This document shows, one piece after another, positions 16,535-24,787 of a stretch of 32,000 bases of DNA. Position numbers and translations under genes: made by a program. Source of the DNA: Gemmata obscuriglobus (GTDB lineage: Bacteria; Planctomycetota; Planctomycetia; Gemmatales; Gemmataceae); the NCBI RefSeq assembly GCF_008065095.1, contig NZ_CP042911.1, positions 2,370,001 through 2,402,000 of the forward strand. The letters run 5' to 3'. The notes under the pieces are model-generated. The model searched no databases. It saw nothing but the letters and a program-made list of their open reading frames with translations, and was not told where the DNA came from. Every line of letters starts with the position of its first letter. Within the stretch, counting starts at the first letter, position 1.

Positions 16535-16918
16535 GTGACGCAGATCGCCTTCACCGTCGGCAAGAAGACGTTGTTCAACATAACGCAGAAGGTTCCGAAT
16601 TTATGGATAGTCATGACCAGTAATTCGCTGCTGAACCCTGCATAGGCGTTCTCGCGGTCAAACGGGCGTTTACGCCCGCCGCGCGGCTCGAATTGAGGCA
16701 TCGCACCGAGTTCGGTTGCGTTCGAGGCGGCCACGCCGAAAGCTGCGGCCGCGGGGATGCGAGAGGTGATCCGCCGGGTCCTGGAAAACCGCGCGGAGGT
16801 TGCGGCCGGTTCTCGTCAGGTCGCTGAAGGGTATCAGTCACTGATGACGGTGGTAAACAAGCTCGAGTGGGTGCTCCGTGGGGAGCCTGCCGATTGCCAA
16901 ATGGGGAGGGCGATGTGA
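16535..16918 (+). pseudogene. Possible degraded glycosyltransferase remnant (frame-broken fragments; last fragment 16697-16918 keeps coding-like GC3)
   Basis: Fragment 16535-16645 reads VTQIAFTVGKKTLFNITQKVPNLWIVMTSNSLLNPA*. Fragment 16697-16918 reads GIAPSSVAFEAATPKAAAAGMREVIRRVLENRAEVAAGSRQVAEGYQSLMTVVNKLEWVLRGE..., which resembles a GT4 C-terminal tail. Its TGA (16916-16918) overlaps the GTG start (16915) of the next GT. Interpretation by eye only. Confidence 0.3.
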
Positions 16919-18027
16919 GGGTCCTCCATTTGACTGCCGGGAACTTGTACGGTGGTATCGAAACATACCTGGTGACCTTGGCCCGGTCCCGGCACCTGTG
17001 TCCAGAGATGGAACCGGAGTTCGGGCTTTGCTTCCGCGGGCGGCTGTGGGACGAGTTGTCTGCAGCGGGAGTGCCGGTTCACGACTTGGGAGCAGTTCGG
17101 TTCAGCCGCCCGTGGTCCGTGCTCCGCGCGCGGCGGCGGTTAAAACGAGTGCTCCGGGGGGCGCCGTTCGGTGCGGCGGTGACGCACGCGAACTGGCCGC
17201 ACGCGGTGTTTGCGCCGGTGGTACGTGGGAGCCGGGTGGGGTTGGTCAACGCGGTTCACGACGCGCTCGCCCGGCCCATCTGGTTGGACCGGTGGGCCGC
17301 CCGGACCGCTCCTGACTTGGTGCTCGCCAACAGTCAGTTTACGGCCGTCCCGGCGGCAACGTTCTTTGCCCGCTCACCGGTCGAAGTCGTGTACCTGCCG
17401 GTTGCGCCTCCGGAGTCGTTCGACCGCGCGGCCACGCGTCACGCGGTGCGGACCGAACTCGGTGCGCCGGCCGACGCGGTCGTGCTGCTCCAGGCCTCGC
17501 GGCTGGAGCGGTGGAAAGGGCAGCGCGTTCATGTGGAGGCCTTGGGGCGGCTGAAGGGTGTGCCTGGGTGGGAGGTGTGGTTCGCGGGCGGCCCGCAGAA
17601 GGCCGGCGAAGCGGAATTTTTTGCCGAACTCAGGGCGGCGGTCGCTCAGCTTGGGATCTCGGACCGGGTGCGTTTCTTGGGCCAGCGGTCTGACGTGCCT
17701 CGGCTGATGGCCGCGGCGGACGTGTACTGCCAGCCGAACGCCGGCCCCGAGCCGTTCGGGGTTGTGTTCGTGGAGGCCCTGTACGCGGGTCTGCCGGTCG
17801 TTACCTCGGACTTGGGCGGCGGGCGCGAGGTGGTCGATTCGAGCTGCGGGGTGCTCGTCCCGCCGGGCGAGCCTGCTGCGGTTGCTGCCGCGCTGGCGGA
17901 ACTGATTTCCGATCCGGCCCGCCGCGCCGCCTTGGGTGCGGGCGGGCCGAAGCGGGCTGAAGAACTGTGCGCCCCACACCGTCAACTGGACCGTATCGCG
18001 GGTCTGTTACAAAAGGTATCGTCGTGA
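16915..18027 (+). CDS. Glycosyltransferase family 4 (GT-B fold)
   Basis: VRVLHLTAGNLYGGIETYL N-terminus and PNAGPEPFGVVFVEALYAGLPVVTSD motif. GGGGAGGG lies 6 nt before GTG 16915; the ORF-track start 16867 adds 16 non-conserved residues. Confidence 0.85.
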   Translation: MRVLHLTAGNLYGGIETYLVTLARSRHLCPEMEPEFGLCFRGRLWDELSAAGVPVHDLGAVRFSRPWSVLRARRRLKRVLRGAPFGAAVTHANWPHAVFAPVVRGSRVGLVNAVHDALARPIWLDRWAARTAPDLVLANSQFTAVPAATFFARSPVEVVYLPVAPPESFDRAATRHAVRTELGAPADAVVLLQASRLERWKGQRVHVEALGRLKGVPGWEVWFAGGPQKAGEAEFFAELRAAVAQLGISDRVRFLGQRSDVPRLMAAADVYCQPNAGPEPFGVVFVEALYAGLPVVTSDLGGGREVVDSSCGVLVPPGEPAAVAAALAELISDPARRAALGAGGPKRAEELCAPHRQLDRIAGLLQKVSS

Positions 18028-18704
18028 CGACTCTTGCCCGGGCCGAGCAAACGCACGGCACCAGTGGTGTGGCTATCTATCAACTGGTCGCAGCGGTTTT
18101 GACCGCGCGTCACAGCGGCGGGGGAACCGTCGTCGACGTGGGTTGTGGGCGTGGAGAGTTGTATCAGTACATCAAAGGCCGATTCGGGTCGTATGCCGGC
18201 ACGGACGTGCTCCGCTACGACGGTTTCCCCGATGAAGGCGCGTTCCACCTCACCGACCTGGACAGCGGCCGCGTTGCGCTACCGGACGCCGTCGCCGACT
18301 GCGTCGTCGCCGTGGAAACGATCGAGCACTTGGAAAACCCTCGCGCTTTCGCCCGTGAACTCGTGCGGTTGGTGAAGCCCGGCGGGTGGGTGGTCGTGAC
18401 GACCCCGAATCAGTTGAGCTTGTTGAGCCTGCTCACGCTGGTTGTGCAAGGCGAATTTAACGGTTTCCGGGAGCGCCCGGGCCTCTACCCGGCGCACATC
18501 ACGGCGCTGCTGGAGATCGATCTGCGGCGCATTTTTCGTGAGTGCGGCTTGGCCGACGTGGCTGTCGAATACACCAAAAGCGGTCGTGTTCCCGGCATCA
18601 GCCGTCACTGGCCTCGGTGGGCGTCCCGGTTGTTCCCCCGGAGGCTGTCGGATAACGTGCTGGTAGTGGGTCGGCGGCCGGTCTCAAATGGCGATCGCAC
18701 ATGA
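18024..18704 (+). CDS. Class I SAM-dependent methyltransferase
   Basis: Motif I VVDVGCGRGELY, then CVVAVETIEHLENP and LVKPGGWVVVTTPN. GTG 18024 overlaps the upstream GT stop (GTGA), consistent with translational coupling. Confidence 0.85.
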   Translation: MTTLARAEQTHGTSGVAIYQLVAAVLTARHSGGGTVVDVGCGRGELYQYIKGRFGSYAGTDVLRYDGFPDEGAFHLTDLDSGRVALPDAVADCVVAVETIEHLENPRAFARELVRLVKPGGWVVVTTPNQLSLLSLLTLVVQGEFNGFRERPGLYPAHITALLEIDLRRIFRECGLADVAVEYTKSGRVPGISRHWPRWASRLFPRRLSDNVLVVGRRPVSNGDRT

Positions 18705-18905
18705 TCAGGTGCCGGCACCCCGGCTCGGTCAGTGGTCCGGTGACTGGGGTGCGGAATGGTTCGAACGCGACCCTGGTGTTCATTCCGATCGGTAGGCAAA
18801 ACGTCGATGATTGCGGTGGCCCCTGCGGGCCGTGCGAAGTCGAACGTGATGGCCGCAGGCGGGTGTGAAACTATCGAGCCGTTTCCGCAGCGTAAAGTGA
18901 TCGCA

Positions 18906-20273
18906 ATGTACCCTCAGCCCGTTGCACCGCCGAATCCCGTTGGGGTCGCTTATACCGGTCCCGGCGCCGCACGCTGGCTGTACGGCTTCTTACTTTTCCA
19001 GTTCGTTTGCCAGGCCTCTCTTGTTGCCCCGCTCGGTCCGCTGCGGATCGGGTTCCGGGTTGCTACTTTCGCGAGCAGCTTACTGATGCTGGTGCTGCTC
19101 CCGCGCTACGGGCCGACGCTCCCAAACTCGTCCTGGGTGTGGCTCGTGATCGGTCTGACCGGGCTCGGGGCGCTTCACCCGGATGTCAACTCGCGACTCG
19201 CTGCCGTGGCGCAACTGGGGCTGACTGTTGCGATCTGGGCACCGGTTTTTTGGGCCACCCGGTTTCGCTTGACCGCCCAGCACTTTCGCACGGCCATGCT
19301 GCTTCTGTGGGGCTTTCAAACGCTCAGTGCGGTCGTTGGCGTCTTGCAGGTGATGTACCCGGACCAGTTCTCCCCGGACCCAGAGTTCGTTAAGGCGCAG
19401 AGCGGTGAAATGGCGGAGGGGCTAAAAATCGAACTCGCCAACGGCGAGCGCGTGTGGCGGCCGTTCGGTCTGACTGACACGCCGGGCGGTGCCGCCGGTG
19501 CCGGAATGTTTGCGGTGCTCGCCGGTTTGGTTCTGGTCTCTTACGAGCGCAGGTTACTGCTCCGGTTGGCTGGTGCTGGCGGGGCGGTCATAGGCATGTT
19601 CTGCTTGTACGTGTGCCAAGTTCGCACCGGCATCGTTCTCACCGGCATTGGGCTCATCGTGTCACTGCTTCTGGCGGTGTCTCGCGGAAGGCTCGTTCAG
19701 GCGGCCTGGATCGGTGGCGGGGCGGCGGCGGCAGTTGCAAGTGGCTTCGTCTGGGCGACGACCGTTGGCGGCGACGCGGTTACGGCCCGGCTGGAAACAC
19801 TGGTCGCAGACCGGGCCGATCAGGTCTATTACTCCAGCCGTGGTCGCTTCCTGGAGCACACGATTGACTTGATCACCGAGTACCCTGTTGGGGCCGGCGC
19901 GGGGCGCTGGGGGATGATGACGGCCTACTTCGGCGACCCGATGAACCTGGAGTCGCCCTCGCTGTGGGTCGAGATCCAACCGACGGCGTGGCTTTATGAC
20001 GGCGGTGTGTTCCTCCTGCTCGCGGGGTACGTGGCCGTGCTCGTCGGGGGCTGGGCGTCTCTCCGGGCCATGCTTTGGGTGAAAGATCCGGTTGTAGCCG
20101 GGTGGGGGGGGTTGATCGTTGCCATGAATATTGCCACGCTCGCGAACACATTTTCCTATGCGATTTTTGCAAGCCAGACCGGAATGATGTGCTGGGTGTT
20201 CACGGGCGTTCTGTATGCCCGCGCCTTTCCTTGCGCTCCGAACCGATTCGCACCAGGGCGGCCCATCGCGTGA
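18906..20273 (+). CDS. Wzy-like polymerase / O-antigen-ligase-family polytopic membrane protein
   Basis: About 10-12 TM segments. A Wzy_C-like loop reads SSRGRFLEHTIDLITEYPVGAGAGRWG. Start placed at ATG 18906 (MYPQP...); the upstream 50 aa of the ORF-track call look non-coding. The start is uncertain. Confidence 0.65.
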   Translation: MYPQPVAPPNPVGVAYTGPGAARWLYGFLLFQFVCQASLVAPLGPLRIGFRVATFASSLLMLVLLPRYGPTLPNSSWVWLVIGLTGLGALHPDVNSRLAAVAQLGLTVAIWAPVFWATRFRLTAQHFRTAMLLLWGFQTLSAVVGVLQVMYPDQFSPDPEFVKAQSGEMAEGLKIELANGERVWRPFGLTDTPGGAAGAGMFAVLAGLVLVSYERRLLLRLAGAGGAVIGMFCLYVCQVRTGIVLTGIGLIVSLLLAVSRGRLVQAAWIGGGAAAAVASGFVWATTVGGDAVTARLETLVADRADQVYYSSRGRFLEHTIDLITEYPVGAGAGRWGMMTAYFGDPMNLESPSLWVEIQPTAWLYDGGVFLLLAGYVAVLVGGWASLRAMLWVKDPVVAGWGGLIVAMNIATLANTFSYAIFASQTGMMCWVFTGVLYARAFPCAPNRFAPGRPIA

Positions 20274-20377
20274 CCTCGCCCGCGACTACCTTTGCCATCG
20301 TTGCAGGCGATTTTGTTCCGACGGGCGGGATGGATCGGGCGAACTACGCCCTGGCATCCACCTGGCTCGGTCCAGGC
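20173..20377. repeat. Direct repeat copy 1 (~205 bp): genuine 3' end of the Wzy-like gene plus a dead GT 5' end
   Basis: Aligns by eye to 21391-21596 with about 14 substitutions and one 1-nt indel (hand count, roughly 93% identity). The offset is 1218 bp before the indel and 1219 bp after it. Confidence 0.85.
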
Positions 20378-20449
20378 GTGCTGGATTTGTGGAGACGTTG
20401 CGCTTGGGCCGGGGTGCGGGCTAAAGAGGTGATTTTATATTTATTATAG
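20270..20449 (+). pseudogene. Truncated, frameshifted N-terminal fragment of a GT4 glycosyltransferase (paralogous to the start of the 21488 gene)
   Basis: VTSPATTFAIVAGDFVPTGGMDRANYALAS matches VTSPSTTFAIVTGDFVPTGGMDRANYALAS of the intact GT. A 1-nt deletion (tccacctgg versus tcctatctgg) then shifts the frame, similarity ends near 20377, and a stop follows at 20449. Confidence 0.6.
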
Positions 20450-20471
20450 CGTGTTATTAAAGGGGTTGTTT

Positions 20472-21335
20472 GTGATTTCATTGTCAGTACTAAAGCCGTG
20501 GTATGTCTACCGGCCCAGGCAGGTGCTGCGTCGAATAGTGCGAGGCCTGCGTCCGCCCAAGGACCCCATCCAAGTGGTGCGACTCCCGTGGGGTTGTGCA
20601 TTGGAAATTGATATTCGTGAAGATATTGGCCGTAGTGTGTGGACTGCTGGTGTGTTTGATCTTGCTGTCGCAGAGGTGCTGTTTCGAGCTGCGGACCCCG
20701 CGCTGCTCGCGCTGGATGTTGGGGCGAATATCGGTTCGATGTCTGGGCTGCTCGCGGCTCGGGCTGCCGAAGTGTGGGCGTTCGAGCCTTACCCGCCAGT
20801 GCTTGAGCGGTTGCGTCGTAATGTGAGTCGCCTCACGGGGGCCGGCCAATTTGCTCACTGTCAGGTGTTTCCCCTCGCGCTAAGCGACCATGAAGGCGAA
20901 GCTCGACTCGCCTGTCCAGATGGCTCCGATAAGAACCACGGACTGGCGCGTATAGCTGATTCCGGCAGCGTTGCCGTTCGTGTCGCTCCTCTTGATGCCC
21001 TTCTTGGTAATCGGGAGGTTGGGGTGATGAAGCTCGATGTGGAGGGGCATGAGCAAGCCGTTCTCTCTGGTGCCACGCATTCCCTCGCGGCAGGCCGCAT
21101 CCGAAACATCGTGTTCGAAGACCACGTTGGCCCAGGCGGAGCAGTTGGCAAAATCCTACGCAGCTATGGTTACAAATTGTACGCCATTGGTTGGGTGCTT
21201 CGCGGTCCTGTACTCAAACCGGCGGACGAAACGGCGCACCGCGTGTACGAGGCGCCGAGTTACTTGGCAACACTTGCGCCTGAAGTTGTGGCCAGCTGTC
21301 GGCAACGCGGTTGGCGATGTTTAGGGAGAGGATAG
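20472..21335 (+). CDS. FkbM-family methyltransferase
   Basis: FkbM motifs LALDVGANIGSMSG and VMKLDVEGHEQAVLSG. AAGGGG lies ~6 nt before GTG 20472 (ORF-track start GTG 20451 is also possible). Third codon positions are visibly less G/C-rich than in the neighbouring genes. Confidence 0.85.
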   Translation: MISLSVLKPWYVYRPRQVLRRIVRGLRPPKDPIQVVRLPWGCALEIDIREDIGRSVWTAGVFDLAVAEVLFRAADPALLALDVGANIGSMSGLLAARAAEVWAFEPYPPVLERLRRNVSRLTGAGQFAHCQVFPLALSDHEGEARLACPDGSDKNHGLARIADSGSVAVRVAPLDALLGNREVGVMKLDVEGHEQAVLSGATHSLAAGRIRNIVFEDHVGPGGAVGKILRSYGYKLYAIGWVLRGPVLKPADETAHRVYEAPSYLATLAPEVVASCRQRGWRCLGRG

Positions 21336-21390
21336 TATGCGGGTTTTTAGATTTTCGGGCGGCCAATGGTCGCGTTTTTTTGATCAACGG

Positions 21391-21596
21391 GCCAGACCGG
21401 AATGATGTGCTGGGTGTTCACGGGCGTACAGAACGCCCGTGCCTTTCCTTGCGCTCCGAACCGATTCGCACCAGGGCGGCTCATCGCGTGACCTCACCCT
21501 CGACTACCTTTGCCATCGTTACAGGCGATTTTGTTCCGACGGGCGGGATGGATCGGGCGAACTATGCCCTGGCGTCCTATCTGGCTCGGTCCGGGC
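21391..21596. repeat. Direct repeat copy 2 (~206 bp): dead Wzy 3' tail plus the genuine 5' end of the GT4 gene
   Basis: See copy 1. The same GTGA stop/start junction is retained at 21488-21491. Confidence 0.85.
21419..21441 (+). other. Perfect 9-bp stem / 5-nt loop hairpin (cacgggcgt-acaga-acgcccgtg) followed by cctttcctt, between the FkbM stop and the GT start
   Basis: Read directly. The homologous stretch in repeat copy 1 pairs only 7/9. Possible terminator, attenuator or RNA-stability element. Confidence 0.4.
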
Positions 21597-22627
21597 ACGC
21601 CGTCGAACTGGTTACGCACCGGGCGAGCCCTGAACTCGCGGCCCTGGACCGGGTCCGCGTGCGAACGGCCCGCAAGCCGCTCGGCTCGTACTTCCTCGGC
21701 CGATGGCCGCTCCGGTGGGCGGCGGCGCGTGCCGTTCGGGAGGGCGGGTCCAAACGGGTTGTGGCGAACGGCGGCAATTTTGTCTCGACCGACATCAACT
21801 GGGTTCATTACGTTCACGCCGCGTTCCGGCCGACTGCGCCGGCCTCGTTCGCCCGACGGTTAAAGGGGCGGGTCGATCGGGTGCTCGAGCTGCGGGCCGA
21901 GCGTGTCTCGCTGGGGGCCGCGCGAACGGTGGTCTGCAACTCGGAGCGGACCCGCTCGGACGTCATCAACCGCTGTGGGGTCGATCCGGAGCGGGCCGTG
22001 GTCGTCTATTACGGCACCGATCCGGACCTGTTCAGGCCTGCAACAGAAGACGACCGAAGGGAGCTACGTGCGAAACTCGGCTGGCCGTCCGACCGGCCGG
22101 TGGTGATGTTTATCGGCGCTCTCGGTGACCGGCGGAAGGGGTTCGACACTCTGTTTGCGGCGTGGTCGACGCTGTGCCAAGAGTCGGGGTGGGATCCGGT
22201 TCTGGCCGTTGTCGGCCGCGGGGCAGAACTCGCCGCGTGGGAGGAGCGGGCGCGGCAGGGCGGGTTGGCGGACCGTGTCCGGTTTCTGGGGTTCCGCAGC
22301 GACGTTCCGGATCTGCTCCGCGCCGCGGACGCGCTCGTCGCCCCGACGCGGTACGAGGCGTACGGGCTGGGGGTGCATGAGGCGCTGTGTTGCGGCCTGC
22401 CGGCTCTGGTCACCGCTTCGGCGGGAGTGGCCGAGCGGTACCCGCCCGAACTGGCCCACCTCCTGCTTCCCGATCCGGATGACGCGCCCGATCTGGTCCA
22501 GCGCTTGCGGCGGTGGCGGTCCGATTCGGCCGCGGTTCGGGGCCACCTTCAGGTGCTTTCAGACACGCTCAGAGCATTTACCTGGGATGATATGGGGAAG
22601 CGGTTCGTGCAGGCTTGCGGGGCGTAA
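21488..22627 (+). CDS. Glycosyltransferase family 4 (GT-B fold)
   Basis: N-terminus TFAIVTGDFVPTGGMDRANYALASYLARSGHAVELV and EX7E region APTRYEAYGLGVHEALCCGLPALVT. Start set at GTG 21488 because the ORF-track extension (from 21311) reads through the dead Wzy tail and overlaps the FkbM gene. Confidence 0.85.
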   Translation: MTSPSTTFAIVTGDFVPTGGMDRANYALASYLARSGHAVELVTHRASPELAALDRVRVRTARKPLGSYFLGRWPLRWAAARAVREGGSKRVVANGGNFVSTDINWVHYVHAAFRPTAPASFARRLKGRVDRVLELRAERVSLGAARTVVCNSERTRSDVINRCGVDPERAVVVYYGTDPDLFRPATEDDRRELRAKLGWPSDRPVVMFIGALGDRRKGFDTLFAAWSTLCQESGWDPVLAVVGRGAELAAWEERARQGGLADRVRFLGFRSDVPDLLRAADALVAPTRYEAYGLGVHEALCCGLPALVTASAGVAERYPPELAHLLLPDPDDAPDLVQRLRRWRSDSAAVRGHLQVLSDTLRAFTWDDMGKRFVQACGA

Positions 22628-22991
22628 CGCGGCTTCAATGATGTATAGAGCTGAGCCGCTGAGAAGTATAGACGCCGTTGCCAAAACACCCTTGATCAAC
22701 GCGTGTTGTATGTGCTGTGGTGATAGCCGATCGGTTGCGATACGTGGCGAGAGCTTCTGGCGTAGCTGTTGCGTAGGCGGTAAACGGTCTGTTTGATGTT
22801 GTGTTGATGGTTCTTTGACCGCGACCAGCCTAGCGGCTCGACGGCTCGTTCTCGCGAACTGTTTGTTCGCTCTTCTGGGGCATGGCCGGTCTTGGGCGAG
22901 AGCGCGCTACTGCGGCCCTGCGAGTCGGGTGTATAACTCGTCACCGGAGTGGGGGGCAGGTGCTGGCAACCGTAATCTTGAGAGGATTCTC

Positions 22992-24614
22992 GTGAGTCGC
23001 ACAGCGAAGATAGCCCGCGCACTGACCATCGGGTATGGGTTCCAAATCACAGTTGCGATTGCCGGGCTGATGTTGACCCCGTTCATGCTGTCGCGGCTTG
23101 GATCTGTGGACTACGGGCGGTGGTTAGTTGCGGGCCAGGTGCTGGCCTTAATGTCGCTGCTTGATCTCGGGGTGACGGCTGTGCTGCCGCGTGAGGTTGC
23201 ACGGGCTGTAGGCGCTGTCGAACCCGTGGGAGAGGTGGTGCGTCGGGCCAGGTGGTTGGTCTGGTTCCAGACGCCAGTGGTTGCGCTGGCCGCGATTGCT
23301 GTGTGGATGGGGGTTGCATTTGTGCGTCCCGAGTTAGGTGAGCCGCTGGCCATCGTGTTAGTCGGATTTGTGGTCCAGTTCCCTCTGAGGTTGTACGGGG
23401 CCGTTCTCGCAGGGCTCCAGGATCTGGCGTTCGGATCTGCTATTGCGGCTGGGGCGTGGGCCGTGACAACGGTGGTGTCGGTGGGGCTTGTGATGGCCGG
23501 GTACGGGCTCGTTGCTCTGTCGGTGGGGTGGACTGCCGGGCAGGTAGCCGCGGTCCTGGCGACGTGGATGCGGGTGCGGATGAGATTCCCTGCGGCTCAA
23601 GGTGTCAGCGGGTGGCCTGGGCGTGCAAGCCTGGTGCGTCTGATCGGACCGAGCTTGTGGACGAGCATAAGGCAAGTGTCTCAGCTCCTTTTAAACGGGG
23701 TCGAGTTGATCGTGCTGGGATGGGTCGCTGGTCCGACTGTTGTGGTGGCTTACGTGTGTACCACTAAGATAGTGTCTTTGGTGAATAACCAGCCGTATTT
23801 GCTGGCGATCTCGTCACTGCCAGCGGTAGCTGAATTGCACGCGGCTGGAAACCGGGAGCGGGTGTGGCGGGCGTGCCGTGCGTTGGGACTGGGAATGGGG
23901 ATGGTGAGTGGCCTCCTTATGCTTGCGGTGCTGGCGCTGAACGCCGCATTCGTTCCGCTGTGGGTCGGGCCGGCTCAATACGTCGGCCCTACGGTCACGT
24001 TCTTGGCGGTGGTTGCGATGTTCGTTCGGCATATGGCTTGTGCAAGCGGAGTGGTCCTGGCCGCCCTGAGGTTCGACGCATTGATGGCGGTTATGGGGTT
24101 GTTGGATGGATTGGTGTTTGTGCTTTCTGCTGCACTGTGGGTGTACCTGCTTGGACCGGTCGGGGTGCCACTCGGCTCTCTGACAGCCGCGTGCCTCGTG
24201 AACGGCCCGGTCACGCTGTACGTATTGCGTACCGGGTTCGGGCTCGCCCCTGTCGAGGTGTTCCGGTGGCTCGCTCCGCTCATCGTACGGTTAGCCGCAG
24301 TGCTGATTCCATTCGTGGCATTTGGCTACTCGTCAATGGCCAGTGATCCCGCAGCGGCCGGGGTAGTCGCGGCCGTTGGGTTTATTGTTTATGCCTTCGC
24401 GCTGTACCCGCTGCTTGGGCGTGACCCGCTGCGCGACTACACCCGGGGGTTCCGTGTGTCAGTCCGGCGCCAGTTGGGTTTTGCGCCTCCTGCGTCTGAT
24501 GCGCTCCGCGCAGAGGCGGCTCCTCAAGGTGCTTCTGCTGGTGAATCGCCGGCAGAGCCGTACGCTGTTCAAAGAACTGAGCCGTCAGGCGGTTCAAGCA
24601 TCCCTCCCGCGTAA
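22992..24614 (+). CDS. Wzx-type oligosaccharide flippase (MOP/polysaccharide biosynthesis protein family)
   Basis: About 12-14 TM segments. Typical N-terminus: AKIARALTIGYGFQITVAIAGLMLTPFMLSRLGSVDYGRWL. GAGAGGA lies 6 nt before GTG 22992. A ~60-aa hydrophilic C-terminal tail follows. Contains rare-looking codons (TTA, TTG, ATA, AGG). Confidence 0.75.
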   Translation: MSRTAKIARALTIGYGFQITVAIAGLMLTPFMLSRLGSVDYGRWLVAGQVLALMSLLDLGVTAVLPREVARAVGAVEPVGEVVRRARWLVWFQTPVVALAAIAVWMGVAFVRPELGEPLAIVLVGFVVQFPLRLYGAVLAGLQDLAFGSAIAAGAWAVTTVVSVGLVMAGYGLVALSVGWTAGQVAAVLATWMRVRMRFPAAQGVSGWPGRASLVRLIGPSLWTSIRQVSQLLLNGVELIVLGWVAGPTVVVAYVCTTKIVSLVNNQPYLLAISSLPAVAELHAAGNRERVWRACRALGLGMGMVSGLLMLAVLALNAAFVPLWVGPAQYVGPTVTFLAVVAMFVRHMACASGVVLAALRFDALMAVMGLLDGLVFVLSAALWVYLLGPVGVPLGSLTAACLVNGPVTLYVLRTGFGLAPVEVFRWLAPLIVRLAAVLIPFVAFGYSSMASDPAAAGVVAAVGFIVYAFALYPLLGRDPLRDYTRGFRVSVRRQLGFAPPASDALRAEAAPQGASAGESPAEPYAVQRTEPSGGSSIPPA

Positions 24615-24787
24615 CCGTCGTGCCGATTGAAGGCGGTCGCTTCAGCGTGACTCGGGGGCTGTTTGGTGGCTGTGGTTGCCCTGGTGCTGCTGCGTGTAAT
24701 TTTCGACTGCTGATATGTTAAATGATAGTGCCCGTATCGGCCGCGTATAGTCCTGGTCGTAGGTGACGTGATTCTAGCAGGGGCCGC

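Noticed and set aside
18758-18765. GGTTCGAA (tRNA T-loop-like) in the spacer before the Wzy-like gene.
   Set aside because: I could find no flanking T-stem, acceptor stem or anticodon arm. It is an isolated 8-mer.
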